Part shown: positions 12,880 to 26,900 of the stretch, in pieces
Layout: every line of letters starts with the position of its first letter
Numbering within the stretch: position 1 is the stretch's first letter
Source: Eledone cirrhosa
Lineage: Eukaryota
Direction of reading: 5' to 3'
DNA length: 64,000 bases
Assembly (NCBI GenBank): GCA_964016885.1
Contig: OZ024740.1
Location: forward strand, 90,768,001-90,832,000
Notes under the pieces: model-generated
Told to the model about the DNA's origin: nothing
Seen by the model: the letters and a program-made list of their open reading frames with translations, nothing else
Database searches by the model: none
Made by a program: the position numbers and the translations under genes

Positions 12880-13100
12880 GAACCTGTAGGTGAGAGCAAG
12901 GATAGAACTAATCCAAATCTCTGAGATGGCCGGGTCGAAGACCCTCGGTGCTTCCACTCCAACTGAAAGAAAAATACCTCAGAGCAGAAATTATGTCCTC
13001 TTCGGAGGGCGCATAAAGTGGCCGATGGTCATATGGATATATGAGTTTGAGGTTAGAAGATGGCTTGGGGTGTTTGAGCTGAAGTGTAGCCAATACAAGC
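12880..13100 (-). mobile_element. Decayed non-LTR RT fragment, CRE-like
   Basis: IISALRYFSFSWSGSTEGLRPGHLRDL resembles the ..SF..GS.GG.DGLRPQHLKDL RT start motif that I associate with CRE-clade elements. Confidence 0.45.
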
Positions 13101-13108
13101 TCGATGGT

Positions 13109-13184
<76 letters not shown>
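13109..13184. repeat. (GTA)n microsatellite
   Basis: Read directly. Confidence 0.95.
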
Positions 13185-13932
13185 ATAAACTCTTGAGAGG
13201 CGGCGTTAATTCGCGTTATAATAATCACTGGCTTGTGAGCTATATTTCTGGAAACTAACGGTCGATCTAACACTTTACACCTATTGATATGGGGTTGCTT
13301 ATTCGGCCAGATACTGCATGCTTATATCGTAAATAAGCACCATATCTGGTGGTCGTGTCGCTATCAAACACCTTCGACCCCTCCTATACTAGAACAGCTC
13401 TGTTAGAAATAATAGATACATACTTGTCAGTATATGCAATTCATAGTTATACTGTGACGTGCTGCAATGTGGGGATGGAAACCAGAGCTGTGCTCCAGCA
13501 TTAAATCATAATAAATGTCAAGTATGTGTAAATAGCAATCACGGTATGTTCAATTCGATATTCATGACAACCATTTCCTATGTTCATATATCTTGTGTAA
13601 AGACAACACTAATACGTTGGGGAATAAAATTTGCCGAAATGGAAACTGATTCTATACAGTCCGTAGCTAACAGGCCACATAGTGTCTTCAGGTAGAGGGA
13701 TCACATCTCCAATATAACAGATAAGTGGTTAGAATGTCAGGTAAAACCAACTGTGGCTTGAAAGCATCCATGAGTTGAGCTGGCTTCACTTGGGGAACAC
13801 ACCGATCATATGGAGCGGTGGACTCTGACAAGAGCCACTGGAAGGTGCGATCTATGACTACCCCAACGATCCGCTCGGGAATAAGTGGGTGGGGAACAAT
13901 ATATATATACATATATATATGTGTGTGTGTGT

Positions 13933-14004
<72 letters not shown>

Positions 14005-14640
14005 GTGTGTGTGTGCGCGCGCGCGCACGTGTGTGTGTGTCTCCTGGGTTCAATCGTGGTTACCTAGAATTAATAATGTATTCAATGCATTAGTAGATAG
14101 TGACCATCAATTTTGATATAGAAATTACTTCTAGAGAACTAGAAATGTTTCATTCAAAAGAAATTATAAGGTAAGTCTCATGGTTACATTTGATTGAAAA
14201 AGATCTAGTCCTGTGGAAACCTTTTAAAACTAAACCCTGATCTCTCACACTCTATCCCCCTCGATATGTGTGTATATATATATATATATATACACACACA
14301 TACGAACACACACACACACACACACACACGTATACATATAAAATTGCAAGTTTGAAGAATTATTACATCAAATATACCCAGTCTTTCTTCACCGTAGAAA
14401 TCAACCAGATAAACAATCATTTAAACGAGGCTATAAGTTTAAAATATAACTATGAAAAAATAATATACAAATGTTACAGACTATTTATCGCGAGGAAAAG
14501 TAAGATAACATTTACCTGGTCATTCCTTTTAGCCCGTCAACGTTAACTAGACAAATAATCAATTAAACGAGGCTAAGTCTAAAATATAAGTTAAAAGAAA
14601 AAATGCCTGTAAACTTTACCACAATTCCTCTAGTCCCAAC

Positions 14641-14716
14641 TATCGACAGTTTCGCTCGTACGTTGTGGATATATCCAATCCTGGTATTATCCATGAGGCT
14701 TCGAGTTTATCAAGAG
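14641..14716 (-). ncRNA. Degenerate type I hammerhead-like motif (U3:A8 core)
   Basis: Minus strand CCTC-TTGATAA-ACTCG...CGAGC-GAAAC-T-GTC-GATA. The first stem II pair and stem I are imperfect. Confidence 0.5.
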
Positions 14717-14934
14717 GCCCCTAAGGTTTGGACTAAACTTTCCACAGTGATTATCACGAGAAATGAATACAAAAATGGCTAAGAATCATCACGTGGCTAG
14801 TGGTCAAAGTAGAAGGTTGTGAATGGTGGCCAGGCGGCAGGTTGTCTGGCTGCTATAAAGCGCAGCCAGATACTGCCTAAAGGTTTACTCTACCGTACGG
14901 GAGTATATATTAAATACACACAAACTCACACACA

Positions 14935-15016
<82 letters not shown>

Positions 15017-15404
15017 CATATATTCTTCGCGCCTGCATATATATATATACATATATGCAGGCGCGAAGAATTGGCAGAGCCGTCCATAATGTGGATAGAA
15101 TATATTGCGTTATTCGTCTTGGCTCTGTTTTCATCAATTTCTGCAGAGGACAATCTTGTTTAACATCCATTCAATGTCGATAGAAAATATGAGTCAAATT
15201 TTGAGATCGATGATTCCTCTACATCTCTTCCTCATTTCCTTTCTATCATTGTTTTTTTTTTTGTGAAAAATCTATTGTGTGCCAATACGGCAAATATAGC
15301 ATCCGCCAGGCTTGAAACGCCCAAGAAACTCTCTATGTCAAGACGGTTCACCTCTGAATCCATGAAGAGTTAGAGGAGCATATAATACTATATAAATATG
15401 TATG

Positions 15405-15488
<84 letters not shown>

Positions 15489-15502
15489 TATTCATATATA
15501 TA

Positions 15503-15533
<31 letters not shown>

Positions 15534-16043
15534 GTATATATATATATATATATATATTACTAGCCGTAAGACAGCAATCACATGCTTTCTGATTCGACCA
15601 CTGCCACGTCACAGTTCTTAACCATTTTGAATTCGTTTCTGGCGGGGATCATTTATGAAAAATATTTGTCCAAGTGAGTTTGTTTCCTGATGTGTTTGAA
15701 GCTCGACAATTTATCCTTGATAGGATATTTCCGAAAGGGACGTAACTCTAAGGGTAAAAACGCATCCTGGTATGTGTATATGAATTTTTTCTTCTAACTT
15801 TAATTTCATGCCTAATTGCGTATGGTTGACGTATATTTAATCGATTTCCATGTGCTATTGAAATGATAGGTAAATATCCTATGGCTGTTGAACACAAATA
15901 AATAGCTATAGTTTATTTATCTATTATTTCTTCAGAGGTTTAACCTTATAGCCTCGTTTAATAGTTTCTTTCTGTGGTTGATTATGCTAATTAGGAGAGG
16001 AAATTGAGTATATATATTATCAAATGATTCTAAGGACATCATT

Positions 16044-16094
<51 letters not shown>

Positions 16095-16291
16095 TATATA
16101 TATAGTAATAATAATAAATTTGAAGCCTAAAATCCAAAGAGGGCTCAATAAGCATAAATATATATCAAATATATAGGAACCCTAGAGCAAACATTTATTA
16201 AAATACAGTGTTGTCACAATTAAGGGTGAAAGCAGCGATTATTTGCTTAAACTTTAATCTGTTATTTTAATATATATATATATATATACGC

Positions 16292-16348
<57 letters not shown>

Positions 16349-16352
<4 letters not shown>

Positions 16353-16845
16353 TGGTATGAGCATAGGCCAGAGGCGGTGATGGAGAACAATCAGGTGAAG
16401 GTGCTGTGGGATTTTAGGATACAGACGGACAAAAAACTGGAACACAATAGACCTGACCTGGTGGTTGTGGACAAAGAAAAAAGATCGTGTCTGATTGTGG
16501 ATGTGGCCTGCCCGTTCGACACGAGAGTGCAAAAGAAGGAGAGGGAGAAAATTAACCGATACCAGGACCTAAAGTGGGAGGTGAAAAGGATTTGGAACTG
16601 CCATGAAGTCAAAGTGATCCCGATTGTCATAGGCGCACTGGGGACTATCTCAAAAAGTTTCCAGGGATGGTTAAAGAAAATCGGCCCCTTCGCGCTTTTT
16701 GAAACGCTTCAAAAGGCATGCTTGCTTGGAACAGCAAGAACCCTCCGATACGTCCTGGATATCTGAGGCTGCAGGTAGTGGCTTGATATTCAATCCAACG
16801 GACTTTCCAGTTAACCAACATCAATGACTGAGATTCAAGGAATAA
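16349..16845 (+). mobile_element. Dong/R4-clade RLE non-LTR element, 5'-truncated 3' fragment
   Basis: The ORF at 16377-16766 has RLE motifs RPDLVVVDKE..LIVDVACP, K..Y..L and LQKACLLGT. Flanked by (AAT)n on both sides. Confidence 0.9.
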
Positions 16846-16860
16846 CAACAATAATAATAA

Positions 16861-16891
<31 letters not shown>

Positions 16892-16897
16892 AATAAT

Positions 16898-17330
16898 ATT
16901 TTAGGATACAGACGGACAAGAAACTGGAACACAATAGACATGACCTGGTGGTTGGGGACAAAGAAAAACGATCGTGCCTGATTGTGGATGTGGCCTGCCC
17001 ATTCGACACGAGAGTGCAAGAGAAGGAGAGGGAGAAAATTAACCGATACCAGGACTTAAAATGGGAGGTAAAAAGAATTTGGAACTGCCATGAAGTCAAA
17101 GTGATCCCGATTGTCATAGGCGCACTAGGGACTATCTCAAAAAGTTTCCAGGGATGGTTAAAGAAAATTGGCCCCTTCACGCTTTTTGGAACGTTCAAAA
17201 GGCATGCTTGCTGGGAACAGCAAGAACGCTCTGATACGTCCTGAATATCTGAGGCTGCAGGTAGTGGGTTAATATTCATTTCAATAAACTTTCCAGTTAA
17301 CTAACATCAATGACTGAGACTCAAAGAGTA
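16898..17330 (+). mobile_element. Dong/R4-clade 3' fragment (second tandem copy)
   Basis: Near-identical to 16410-16845, with the same 3' UTR ending GAGACTCAAAGA. (AAT)n flanks. Confidence 0.9.
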
Positions 17331-17349
17331 ATAACAATAATAATAATTA

Positions 17350-20300
17350 CGATTTTTTTTATTAACCACAAGGGTTTACATAAAGTAGACATTAAGGACA
17401 GTACAGGACGGTGCAAATGGGCATTTCCGCGTGTAAAAAAAAAGAGGATGTAATAAAAAATAACAATGAAAAATTCCCTAATAGGGGGTGACTTCTGAGA
17501 GACATTTGTAGAGAAAGCCCATTAAAAGGCCACAGTGACCCTGACCTTCAGGGCAAGTGTCCTCTCCGAGTTTTTCACCTTTAATTTAGAGACACATACT
17601 CAAAGTAGGCCCATACACACGAGCCATACTGGCTTCCCTCACCCATCTTTCAACAAAATGCTGGGAAGAGAGCACTTCCCTCTCTACCCTGATTTTCCTT
17701 TTCAAATGAAATTTGAAAAAGTTAATCAGGTCATCACCCAAGAGGTAAGTGCTCGTCTTCAGCCCTTTCAAACATGTCCACCATACTATCTTTTTCATCA
17801 TGGCCACCAGACACATAAAAACTGCCTGCCCTTCCCGGCTAAAGGAAGAGGGCGGGGCAAACCTCACGATGGACTCAGATGATAGCCGGATCCGTCCTAC
17901 ACGTGACAGCAGGTGTTAGACATAAACACACAAGTCAGCAATGCTAGGACACTGGACGAGTGCGTGCAGGACGGTTTCGTCGCCCTGCTCGCATCTCGGA
18001 CATGCTCGGCTGACGGCACCTCCATGCCTGTAGAGTTTATCCCGAACTGGCAAATCTCCTCGGTAGCACTGCCAGGCCAGGGATTTCTGGAAGTTGTCCA
18101 TAGGCCCTGGCCCGAAAGTCCTTCCGAAGTGATTGGCTAGTTGATTTTCATCGACGCCTAGATTTTCTCCAAGTACGTCGTCGCTCTTCCCCTCCACTAA
18201 TCCCCTATAGCACGCCAAGGTGGAGATTATACCGATCACATCGCCCAATTGGTCGAGGGCTGTGAAAGCCTGAAGACATTCCAGTTTCCAAGCCATCCCT
18301 CTCGGTCTTTGCTTGACCCAGGACTGCAGCTCCATCATGGAGACGAGCTGTGGAAAGACGTGTCTATCAAACGGCGACCACACCTGATCACCGTCGAGGA
18401 AGAGGTGGAGATTTCGTAGCCTGAGCGCGTGTCTGCGCATCATCAGCCACCGCATGCCCAGCCCTCCAGGTAGCGGGTGTTGACAGCAGATGGACCGCCT
18501 GACCATCGGAGCGCGTCCCTTCCACAAAAAGCGAAAGAGCAAACGCTCCAGCGCAGTCGGCCGGGGCTTAGGACAAGTTACAACGGTCAGGCGGTAGTAC
18601 ATGACGGACGCGATGTACGCGTTAGACACCTCCGCTCGACCTTTCAGGGATAGCTTCGTCTACGCCCATCTTGTCCCAGTCTTTGTCCGTCCGGAGGTCC
18701 GTACCGAATCAGACCTCTAGCAATGTTATCGGTCCGTCCGTCCAGCGCCCGACGACGCTGTTGGAGGGCATGGACCTGCCTCTCCAGTTGCCGAGCTGCA
18801 GGCCCACTGACTTTTCCTGGTTGATCATTGCTCCTGTCACCGCTTCGTATTCATTTAGTGTAATGCCGATCGCTTCCATGTGTTTGGCGTTCGACACCAC
18901 TACGGTGACATCGTCCGCATATGCTGACACGGATCTTCCGCATCCTAGTTCGCGCGGGACCCCCATCAACGTCTCCAGTTTGTGCGGTAATGGCTCGAGA
19001 GTCAATACGTACGAGAGGGATGAGTGGGGATATCCTTGGCGGACCGAGCGCATGATGTTGAACGGATCCGAAAGGTGTCCGTTCACTCTCACCACAGAGC
19101 AGATGTCGCTGAGCATGGCAGCGATCCAGCCTCTGAAGATGGGCCCAAAGCCAGCCGCCCTCAGGAATGCCGCTAGGTAACGATGGTCGTCCCTATCGAA
19201 AGCTTTCGACTGATCTAAATTGATCAAGGACCCACCCGTGCCAGGTTCTCTAGCTACCCTCTCTACGATGTATCGCATGAGGTGGAGGTTGTCGTGGATG
19301 GATCTGTCAGGAATGGCACAGACGGGAAATCCAATAGTTACCTGTCAGACAGTTCAAAACGCCTGAGCAGGTTGTTGAGACTCTTGCACCCTCCTCCCCT
19401 ATCCACTAATCCCACACAGTCCCAGCGTGCATCTAAGATCCCGTTCCAGTCGCCCACTAACTCTAAAGTGCGGGACGTTCCAAGAAAGGTCTCCAGACGC
19501 CGGAAGAAATCAGGCCGCGCTGCTCCTGTCGGGGCATAGACGACCACTAGCCTGAAAGCTTGTCCGTCTCCGCTGGTCACGTCCAGCACCACCAACTTAC
19601 CTTCTGGGTCCAAAAAAGCACAGCAAATCCTCCACCAGATCCCGGACGGCTGGGAGATGCGTACACATCGTATCCGCCGAAGATCGGTGCGAAGACCCGT
19701 GCTTCGTAGTTTCTGGTCTCGCTGATGGCCACTGCATCCATGGTTAGTGACCTGAGGTCGTTGAGCAGGTGACCCTGCTTCCATGACGACCCCAAGCCAC
19801 GCGCATTTATGCTGCCTATTCTGAGTGAGGTCATGTTGAAATGGAGTGGACAAGATGGGAAAGACCACTTACCTTACTTCTCGTAGAGGAAGGACGGTTT
19901 CTCCATCATTTTCACTGCTTGCGGCCTCCTCAGGAAGGATGTACTTATTAATCCTCCTGGAGAGTGCTTGTCGGAAGTCTCCGACGTCGTTGAGGAGTTT
20001 TTGTTTTAGTGTCATGTATGTTTTCGGTGTAATGCGAGTGATTTGTATGAGTGAAGGTGGTGTGAACTTTTTGGTTGTTCTGTAGTCTGTTTCTGTGATG
20101 CTGGTGTTGGGTTGGATGTAGTGTAAACATTGGTTGTTGTTCAAATGTAATGCTGTGTAGTGTGTATCGTTTTGGTTGATTTGTTTTGTTTGTGTTTGTT
20201 GTGGGCTTGTTTCTGTTTCACTTGTTGGTGGCTTTTGTGGTGTAGGTGATGGTGATGATGCCGTTAATGATGGTGATGGTGTTGGTGTTTGGTTTGATGG

Positions 20301-22029
20301 GGTTGGTGATGCTGGTGTGGATGGTGGCATATATGTCCTAACTTTGTTGTTTGATAGTTTATTATTTCCCTTTGTATTTTGTTTTTGGAGGGGGAAGGAA
20401 GTGGATTTTTTATTTTTTGGTTTCTTTTTTCCTGATACCGTTTCCCACTCCTCGTCGTCACAATCTGTCTCCAGTTGTGATAGGCCGGGGAGTGGAAAAT
20501 CCTCCACAGGCGTTAGTTTTGGTAGTGGCGTGTTGGATGGTGTAGGCGCTGGTGCTAGTTCTGAAACGCTGGGTGGTGGTGGTGTTGGTTTTGCTACTGT
20601 TGATGGGGTTGTTGCTGTTACAGTTGCTTCTGTTGTTGCTGCTACAGTTGTTGCTGCCATCTCTGCTGCTGGTGGTGTTGATGGTTGAGTCACTGGTGTG
20701 GGTAAGAGAGGTGGCATCAACCTTTTAGCCTGAGGGCAGAAAGCCCTTAGGTGGGATCCTTCACGACAAACGACACACCTAGGCCTTCTTCCCTCGACAA
20801 GTACGGTGAGGTGGCAGCCGTCAGTGAGGTCTATTACCTCTGGGATCTCCTCAATGCTTTTTTTGGTCCGCTTGAATCAGGAGCTCCATCCCAGATCCGG
20901 ACCAGTTCTCCTGCTTTTCTTTCTCTATTTCTATTATCTTGGTGTTGGATTCGATGCCGACGAGGACGGCAGCTATTAGCCAGGGAATTTCGATGGCCGG
21001 TGGAAAGTGGGTCACCCTGATCTTTACGAGTCTCTGGCCACAATAGCTTGGGACGAGTGTGAAGTACTCACTTCTTAATGGGGCTATGGAGTGTTCTGTA
21101 GCCTCCTCTGGTGTTTCAAAGAACACGTCCACGGTTCCATACTTCTGCCCACGTCTGATGTTGGGTTTTATTGCCCACACATGTCCCAAAGCTTTTTGGT
21201 TTTGGTTCTCGGATGCCCGTTCCACTCGGTGCGATTTTACATTAATTGTTCAATAAGACACGGTGCATAGGCGCCGATGCTCCATTTTATTAGGTGGGTG
21301 GGTGGGGATGACCATGTACCCATCCTTCTTTACCATTTTTTTGGCTTCTTCTAAATCACTCCTGAGTTACCTGAAATGCTTCGCACTGTTTTGCTACTCT
21401 GGCAAAACTCAGGGTGGTTTTCTTAATGTCATTCTTGCTGTTGTTGTTATCGTTAATTTTGTTATTATTAAGTTTAGGCTCAGTTGTGGTGGTGGTGGCG
21501 TCAGTGGTGTCCGGTGTGTAAGAGTTCATTTTGGTTGAATTCATTTCGACATCACGAGTTCATTTATTTTTTTCTTTTGTTTCTGTTGTCGCGGTGTTGG
21601 TGGGGGCGGTGGTTGTCGCGTTGGTGGTGGTGGTGGCGGCTTTAACACCTGCAGTCATTCTTAATGGCGGGAAATGAATGTCTGCCTGAGACAAATCTAA
21701 AATATTGCTACTGCTTATATTTTTTTTAGTGTTGGCAAACGTAGTAATATTTACAATGGTGGTGTCGGTGTGAGGTGTTAGTTTGTGTGAAAGGAATGAC
21801 TCTGAGTCAGCCATGATGTTTCAAAGAAAAGTTTTTGTTTGATAATTATAAAAGTTTAAATGTTGGGCTCAAGGCCCCAATCTTTTTGGGTGTCCTTTTT
21901 AGATAACAATGTATGTGCAATTATATCCAATTAACAATAATTTTTTTTCCATGAATAGCAATTTTAAACAACTGAAAATAACAAACCTTTGCGGAGCTCA
22001 CGATGATACGATTTACTACGTAGCTCGCC
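17350..22029 (-). mobile_element. Tx1/L1-clade LINE T1 (family A), with an internal ORF2 deletion at ~19325
   Basis: ORF1 pieces 21814-19869 (YGTVDVFF RRM-like, CCHC remnant). ORF2 pieces 19834-17586 with APE (GSINARG, ISET, GDWN), RT (LDQSKAFD, RQG, YADD) and C-terminal CPRC..ETVLHALVQC. The EN part is fused directly to the RT part at ~19325. (AAT)n on both flanks. Confidence 0.92.
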
Positions 22030-22076
22030 AATAATAATAATAATAATAATTATTATTATTATTATTATTATTATTA

Positions 22077-23947
22077 TACAGAAAGGATGCCGAAAGAAGA
22101 CCCTTGGTACAAATGACTAGTTACATATTGATAAGATGGTAATGAGGAATTGCAAGAGGAGACACACTGGTCTTGCCATGGGATGGATAGACTAAAAAAA
22201 GGCATTTGACATGGTGCCTCATTCATGGATCACCAAAAGCCTAGAGATGTTCAATGTAGCAGACAACATCAGACAATCGTTGGGCAAAAGTATGAAGTCC
22301 TGGAAAACAGAGTTAACATCAGCTGGAGAATTCTTGGCAAGCATAAAAATCAAGAGAGCTATCTTCCAGGGAGATATTGTGTTCCTTCTGTTGTTTGTCT
22401 TTGCCCTGATTCCCCTGACCATTACACTGCGAAAAGTGAGAGCAGGATACAAGTTGGGAAAGGGAGAGCTTACCATCAATCACCTCCTCTTGATGGACGA
22501 GCTTAAGCTCTTCCGGAAGAGTGAGATGGAGTTGGATGTGCTTGTTGACACTGTCCGTATTTTCAGCAATGATATATGTATGCAATTTGGTATTAGTAAG
22601 TGTGGAGTCCTTGTGATGAAGACGGTAAATTGACACTGAAGAAGGATACAAGTATTTGGGTGTTCTGGAGGCTGATGACATCAAGAAGAAAAAAATGAAG
22701 GAATTGATAAAATCGGAATACATTCGGAGAGTAAGGAGCGTATTAACGTCACATCTGAACAGTAGGAATGCCATAAGTGCAGTACATTCCCCAGGTGTGT
22801 CTATTATTAGGTACAGTGCGGGAATCTGAGATGGAATGTTGCCGAACAAAAAGAAATGGATAGGAAGACTAGGAAGCTATTGACTATCTACGACATGTTC
22901 CACAAGAGGGGTGATGTCGATAGACTCTACTTAAGAAGATCTGAAGGTGGAAGAGGTCTTATCAGCATAGAGGACTGTGTTGAGCTGGAGAAAACAACCT
23001 ATACAAATACGTGACTGATAGTAAGGAGCCAATGCACAGAATTGTACTGTAGGCGAGGACAATAGACGAGGGGATGTCCAAGGAGGAAATAACAACAAGG
23101 AGTAAGATCACCTTCAGGAAAAATCCTTTCATAGTACTTCTTTGAGAAAACTGAATTCAGAGAACCACATACATGGAATTGGTTGAAACGAGGAGATTTT
23201 AAAAAGGCTACAGAAGGAATGCTAATGGCTGCGCAAGAACAGGCCCTCAAAATCAAGTGGTTGAAACACCATATTTACAAGGAGGAGGCTAGCCCACTGT
23301 GCAGGATCTGTGGAGAGAAAGAGGACAATGTGGCTCACATTGTATCCGAGTTTAAACACCTAGACCAGACTCACTATAAAGGCTGGAGACATGATGTGAT
23401 GGGCAGGGTGATCCACTGGCACCTATTCAAAGTAAACAATTTACCACATTCTGAGAAGCGGTATGTGCATAACCAGAGTCGGTGATAGAAAACGATCAGG
23501 TGAAGGTGCTGTGAGATTTTAGGATACAGACGGACAAGAAACTGGAACACAATAGACCTGACCTGGTGCTTTTGGGCAAGGAAAAAAGATCGTGCCTGAT
23601 TGTGGATGTGGCCTGCCCATTCGATACGAGAATGCAAGAGAAGGAGAGGGAGAAAACTGACCGATACCGGGACTTAAAGTGGGAGGTAAAAAGGATTTGA
23701 AACTGCCATGATGTCAAAGTGGTCCCGATTGTCATGGCACACTAGGAACTATCTCAAAATGTTTCCAGGGATTGTTAAAGAAAATTGGCCCCGCCACGCT
23801 TTTTGGAACGCTTCAAAAGGCATGCTTGCTGGGAACAGCAAGAACCGTCCGATACGTCCTGAATTTCTGAGGCTGCAGGTAATGGCTTGATATTCATTTC
23901 AACAAACTTTCCAGTTAACTAACATCAATGACTGAGACTCAAAGAAC
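22077..23947 (+). mobile_element. Dong/R4-clade element, 5'-truncated and decayed
   Basis: RT (AFDMVPH, IFQGD, LMDE for xxDD), CRICGE..H, RHD and RLE motifs. Same 3' UTR followed by (AAT)n. Confidence 0.9.
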
Positions 23948-23985
23948 AATAATAATAATAATAATAAATATTATGAATATTATTA

Positions 23986-26900
23986 TTCTTTGAGTCTCAG
24001 TCATTGATGTTAGTTAACTGGAAAGTTTGTTGCAATGAATATCAAGCCATTACCTGCAGCCTCAGATATTAAGGATGTATCGGAGGGTTCTTGCTTTTCC
24101 CAGCGTTCCAAAAAGCGTGAAGAGGCCAATTTTCTTTAACCATCCCTGGAAACTTTCTGAGATAGTCCCTAGTGCGCCTATGACAATCGGGATCACATTG
24201 ACTTCATGTCAGTTCCAAATCCTTTTTACCTCCCACTTTAAGTCCTGGTATCGGTTAAATTTCTCCCTCTTCTTCTCTTGCACTCTCGTGTCGAATGGGC
24301 AGGCCACATTCACAATCAGGCACGATCTTTTTTCTTTGTCCAAAACCACCAGGCCAGGTCTATTGTGTTCAAGTTTCTTGTCCGTCTGTATCCTAACATC
24401 CCACAGCACCTTCACCTGATCGTTCTCTATCACCGCCTCTGGCTTATGCTCATACCATTTCTCAGAATGTGGTAAATTGTTTACTTTGCACAGGTGCCAG
24501 AGGATCACCCTGCCCATCACATCATGTCTCCAGCCTTTATAGTGGGTCTGGGCTAGGTGTTTACACTCGGATACAATGTGACCCACAGTCTCCTCTCTCT
24601 CTCCACAGATCCTGCACAGTGGGCTAGCCTCCTCCTTGAAAACGTGGTGTTTCAACCACTTCGTTTTGAGGGCCTGCTCCTGCGCAGCCATTAACATTCC
24701 TTCTGTAGCCTTTTTAACGTGTCCTCTTTTCAACCAGTTCGATGTCTGTGGATCTCTAAATTCAGTTTTCTCAATGAAGGTAATATGAAGGGATTTTTCC
24801 TGAAGGCTGCTCTTTCTCCTCGATGTTATTTCCTTCTTGGACATCCCCTGGCCTATTGTCGCCTCCTTCATTACAGCTGTGAACATTGGCTTCTTACTAT
24901 CAGTCACGTATTTGTGTAGGTTGTATTTCTCCATCTGAACACATTCCTCTATGCTGATAAGACCTCTTCCAGCCTCAGTTCTTCTTTAGTAGAATCTATC
25001 GACCTCACTCCTCTTGTGAAACATATTGTAGATAGTCAATAGCTTCCTAGGCTTCCTATCCATTTCTTTTTGTTCAGCAACATTCCATCTCAGAATTCCG
25101 GCACTGTACCTATTAATAGACACAGCTCGGGAATTTACTGCACTTTTGGCATTCCTACTGTTCAAATGTGACTTTAATACGCTCCTTACTCTCCGAATGT
25201 ATTCAGTTCTTATGAATTTCTTCATTTTTTTGTTCTTGATGTCATCAGCTTCCAGAACGCCCAAATACTTGTATCCTTCTTTATAGTCAATTTCTTTTAT
25301 CATCTCACCTGTTGGTATCTAGATTCCGTTACTTCTGCTCAAGTTACCCCTCCTCATCACCATGACTTCACACTTACTAATACCAAATTGCATACATATA
25401 TCATTGCTGAAAATACGTACAGTGTCAACAAGCACATCCAACTCCTTCTCACCCTTCCCGAAGAGTTTAAGATCGTCCAGGAAGAGGAGGTGATTGATGG
25501 TAAGCCCTCCCTTTCCCAACCTGTATCCTGCTCTCACTGTTCGCAGTACACTGGTCAGGGGCATCAGGGCAAGGACAAACAACAGAGGGACAGACTATCT
25601 CCCTGGAAGATACCTCTCTTGATCTTCACGCTTTCCAAGGATTCTCCAGTTGATGTTAACTCTGTTTCCCAGGACTTCATACTTTTGCCCAACAACTGCC
25701 TGATGTTATCTGCCACCTTGAATATCTCCAGGCTTTTGGTGATCCAAGAATGAGGCACCATGTCATATGCCTTTTTGTAGTCTATCCATCCCCAGTGTGT
25801 CTCCTGTTGCAATTCCTCAATACCATCTTATCAATAAGTAACTAGTCCTTTGTACCACGTGACTTCTTTCGGCATCCTTTCTGTTCGTCCGGTAACAAGT
25901 TGTTTGTGTGGAGGTGATGGTAGAATTCCTCAGACACAATGCTTGTCAATAGTTTCCACATTACGGACAGACATGTGATAGGTCTATAGTTGGTAACATC
26001 ATTACCCTTGATTTGGTCTTTCATTATCAGAACTGTGGTACCTTTTGTCAACCACTCTGGTACCTCACCTGACATCAAGCAGTCATTGAACATGGTTGTC
26101 AGTTTCGGGTGGAGGGATGTTATGTTTTTAATCCAATACCCCTGCACACTATCTGGGCCAGTTGATTTCCAGTTGGTTAGTTTTTTGGGCCTGCCCCTTA
26201 AGAGTTTCAACTGTGATACTCAAAACAGTTTGTTGGCGTGCCTGTTCACTGATCTCCTTCTGTACTGTCTCCATCCACACTGCCTGGTCATTATGTTTAA
26301 CATCCTGCTCCCATATTCCTCTCCAGAATGTTTTAGTATGTTCCGACTCAGGGATTAAGTCGTTGCCTCTTTCTTTCCCTTCAAGCTGTCCAAACAGCAT
26401 CTTCTGGTTGTTGTCGAACATGCGGTTCTGTCTATACTGGCTGACTCTGTTCTCGTATCGCCTGATTTTTGCACTTTTTGCTACAATGCGTTGCTTCAGT
26501 TCCTCTATGATAATAATTAGCTTTTTCCTCCTAGTTTTGTACTTTATTTCCAGTCTATTTTTAGTGTCTATGTTTTTTAGTGTCCCATTCAGTAGGGACT
26601 CAAGCTTTCCAATGTCATTTCTCATTTCCCTGATTTGACCACTCAGTTGTTTCTTCTACCAAGGCTCTGCTCTTTCTTGTCTGTTGTTTCCTCTCGCTTT
26701 TATACCAAGTAGTTTCCTCACCGTATTTGCTGCTGCTTTGAGGATATTGTTGCACTGGTGAAGACTCCTTGCTTCAAGGTATGGGATGACATTGTTTACC
26801 TTAGCTGTTGTTTCTTTTAACTTTTTCCTGTCTACAAATCTTAGGTTCATAGGTCTCCCACAATCATTGTTCAATTCATCTACCACTAAGTTTAGGATAT

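Noticed and set aside
13690-13895. Possible RTE 3' end
   Set aside because: Only a vague resemblance and no diagnostic motif.
14854-14859. TATA box (TATAAA) for the 15089 ORF
   Set aside because: It sits in a hairpin loop within a probable repeat, and a hexamer match is uninformative in AT-rich DNA.
20176-20688. Long plus-strand V/G/L-rich ORFs (also 47362, 52115, 58382, 63244)
   Set aside because: Antisense shadows of low-complexity Tx1 ORF1 regions.
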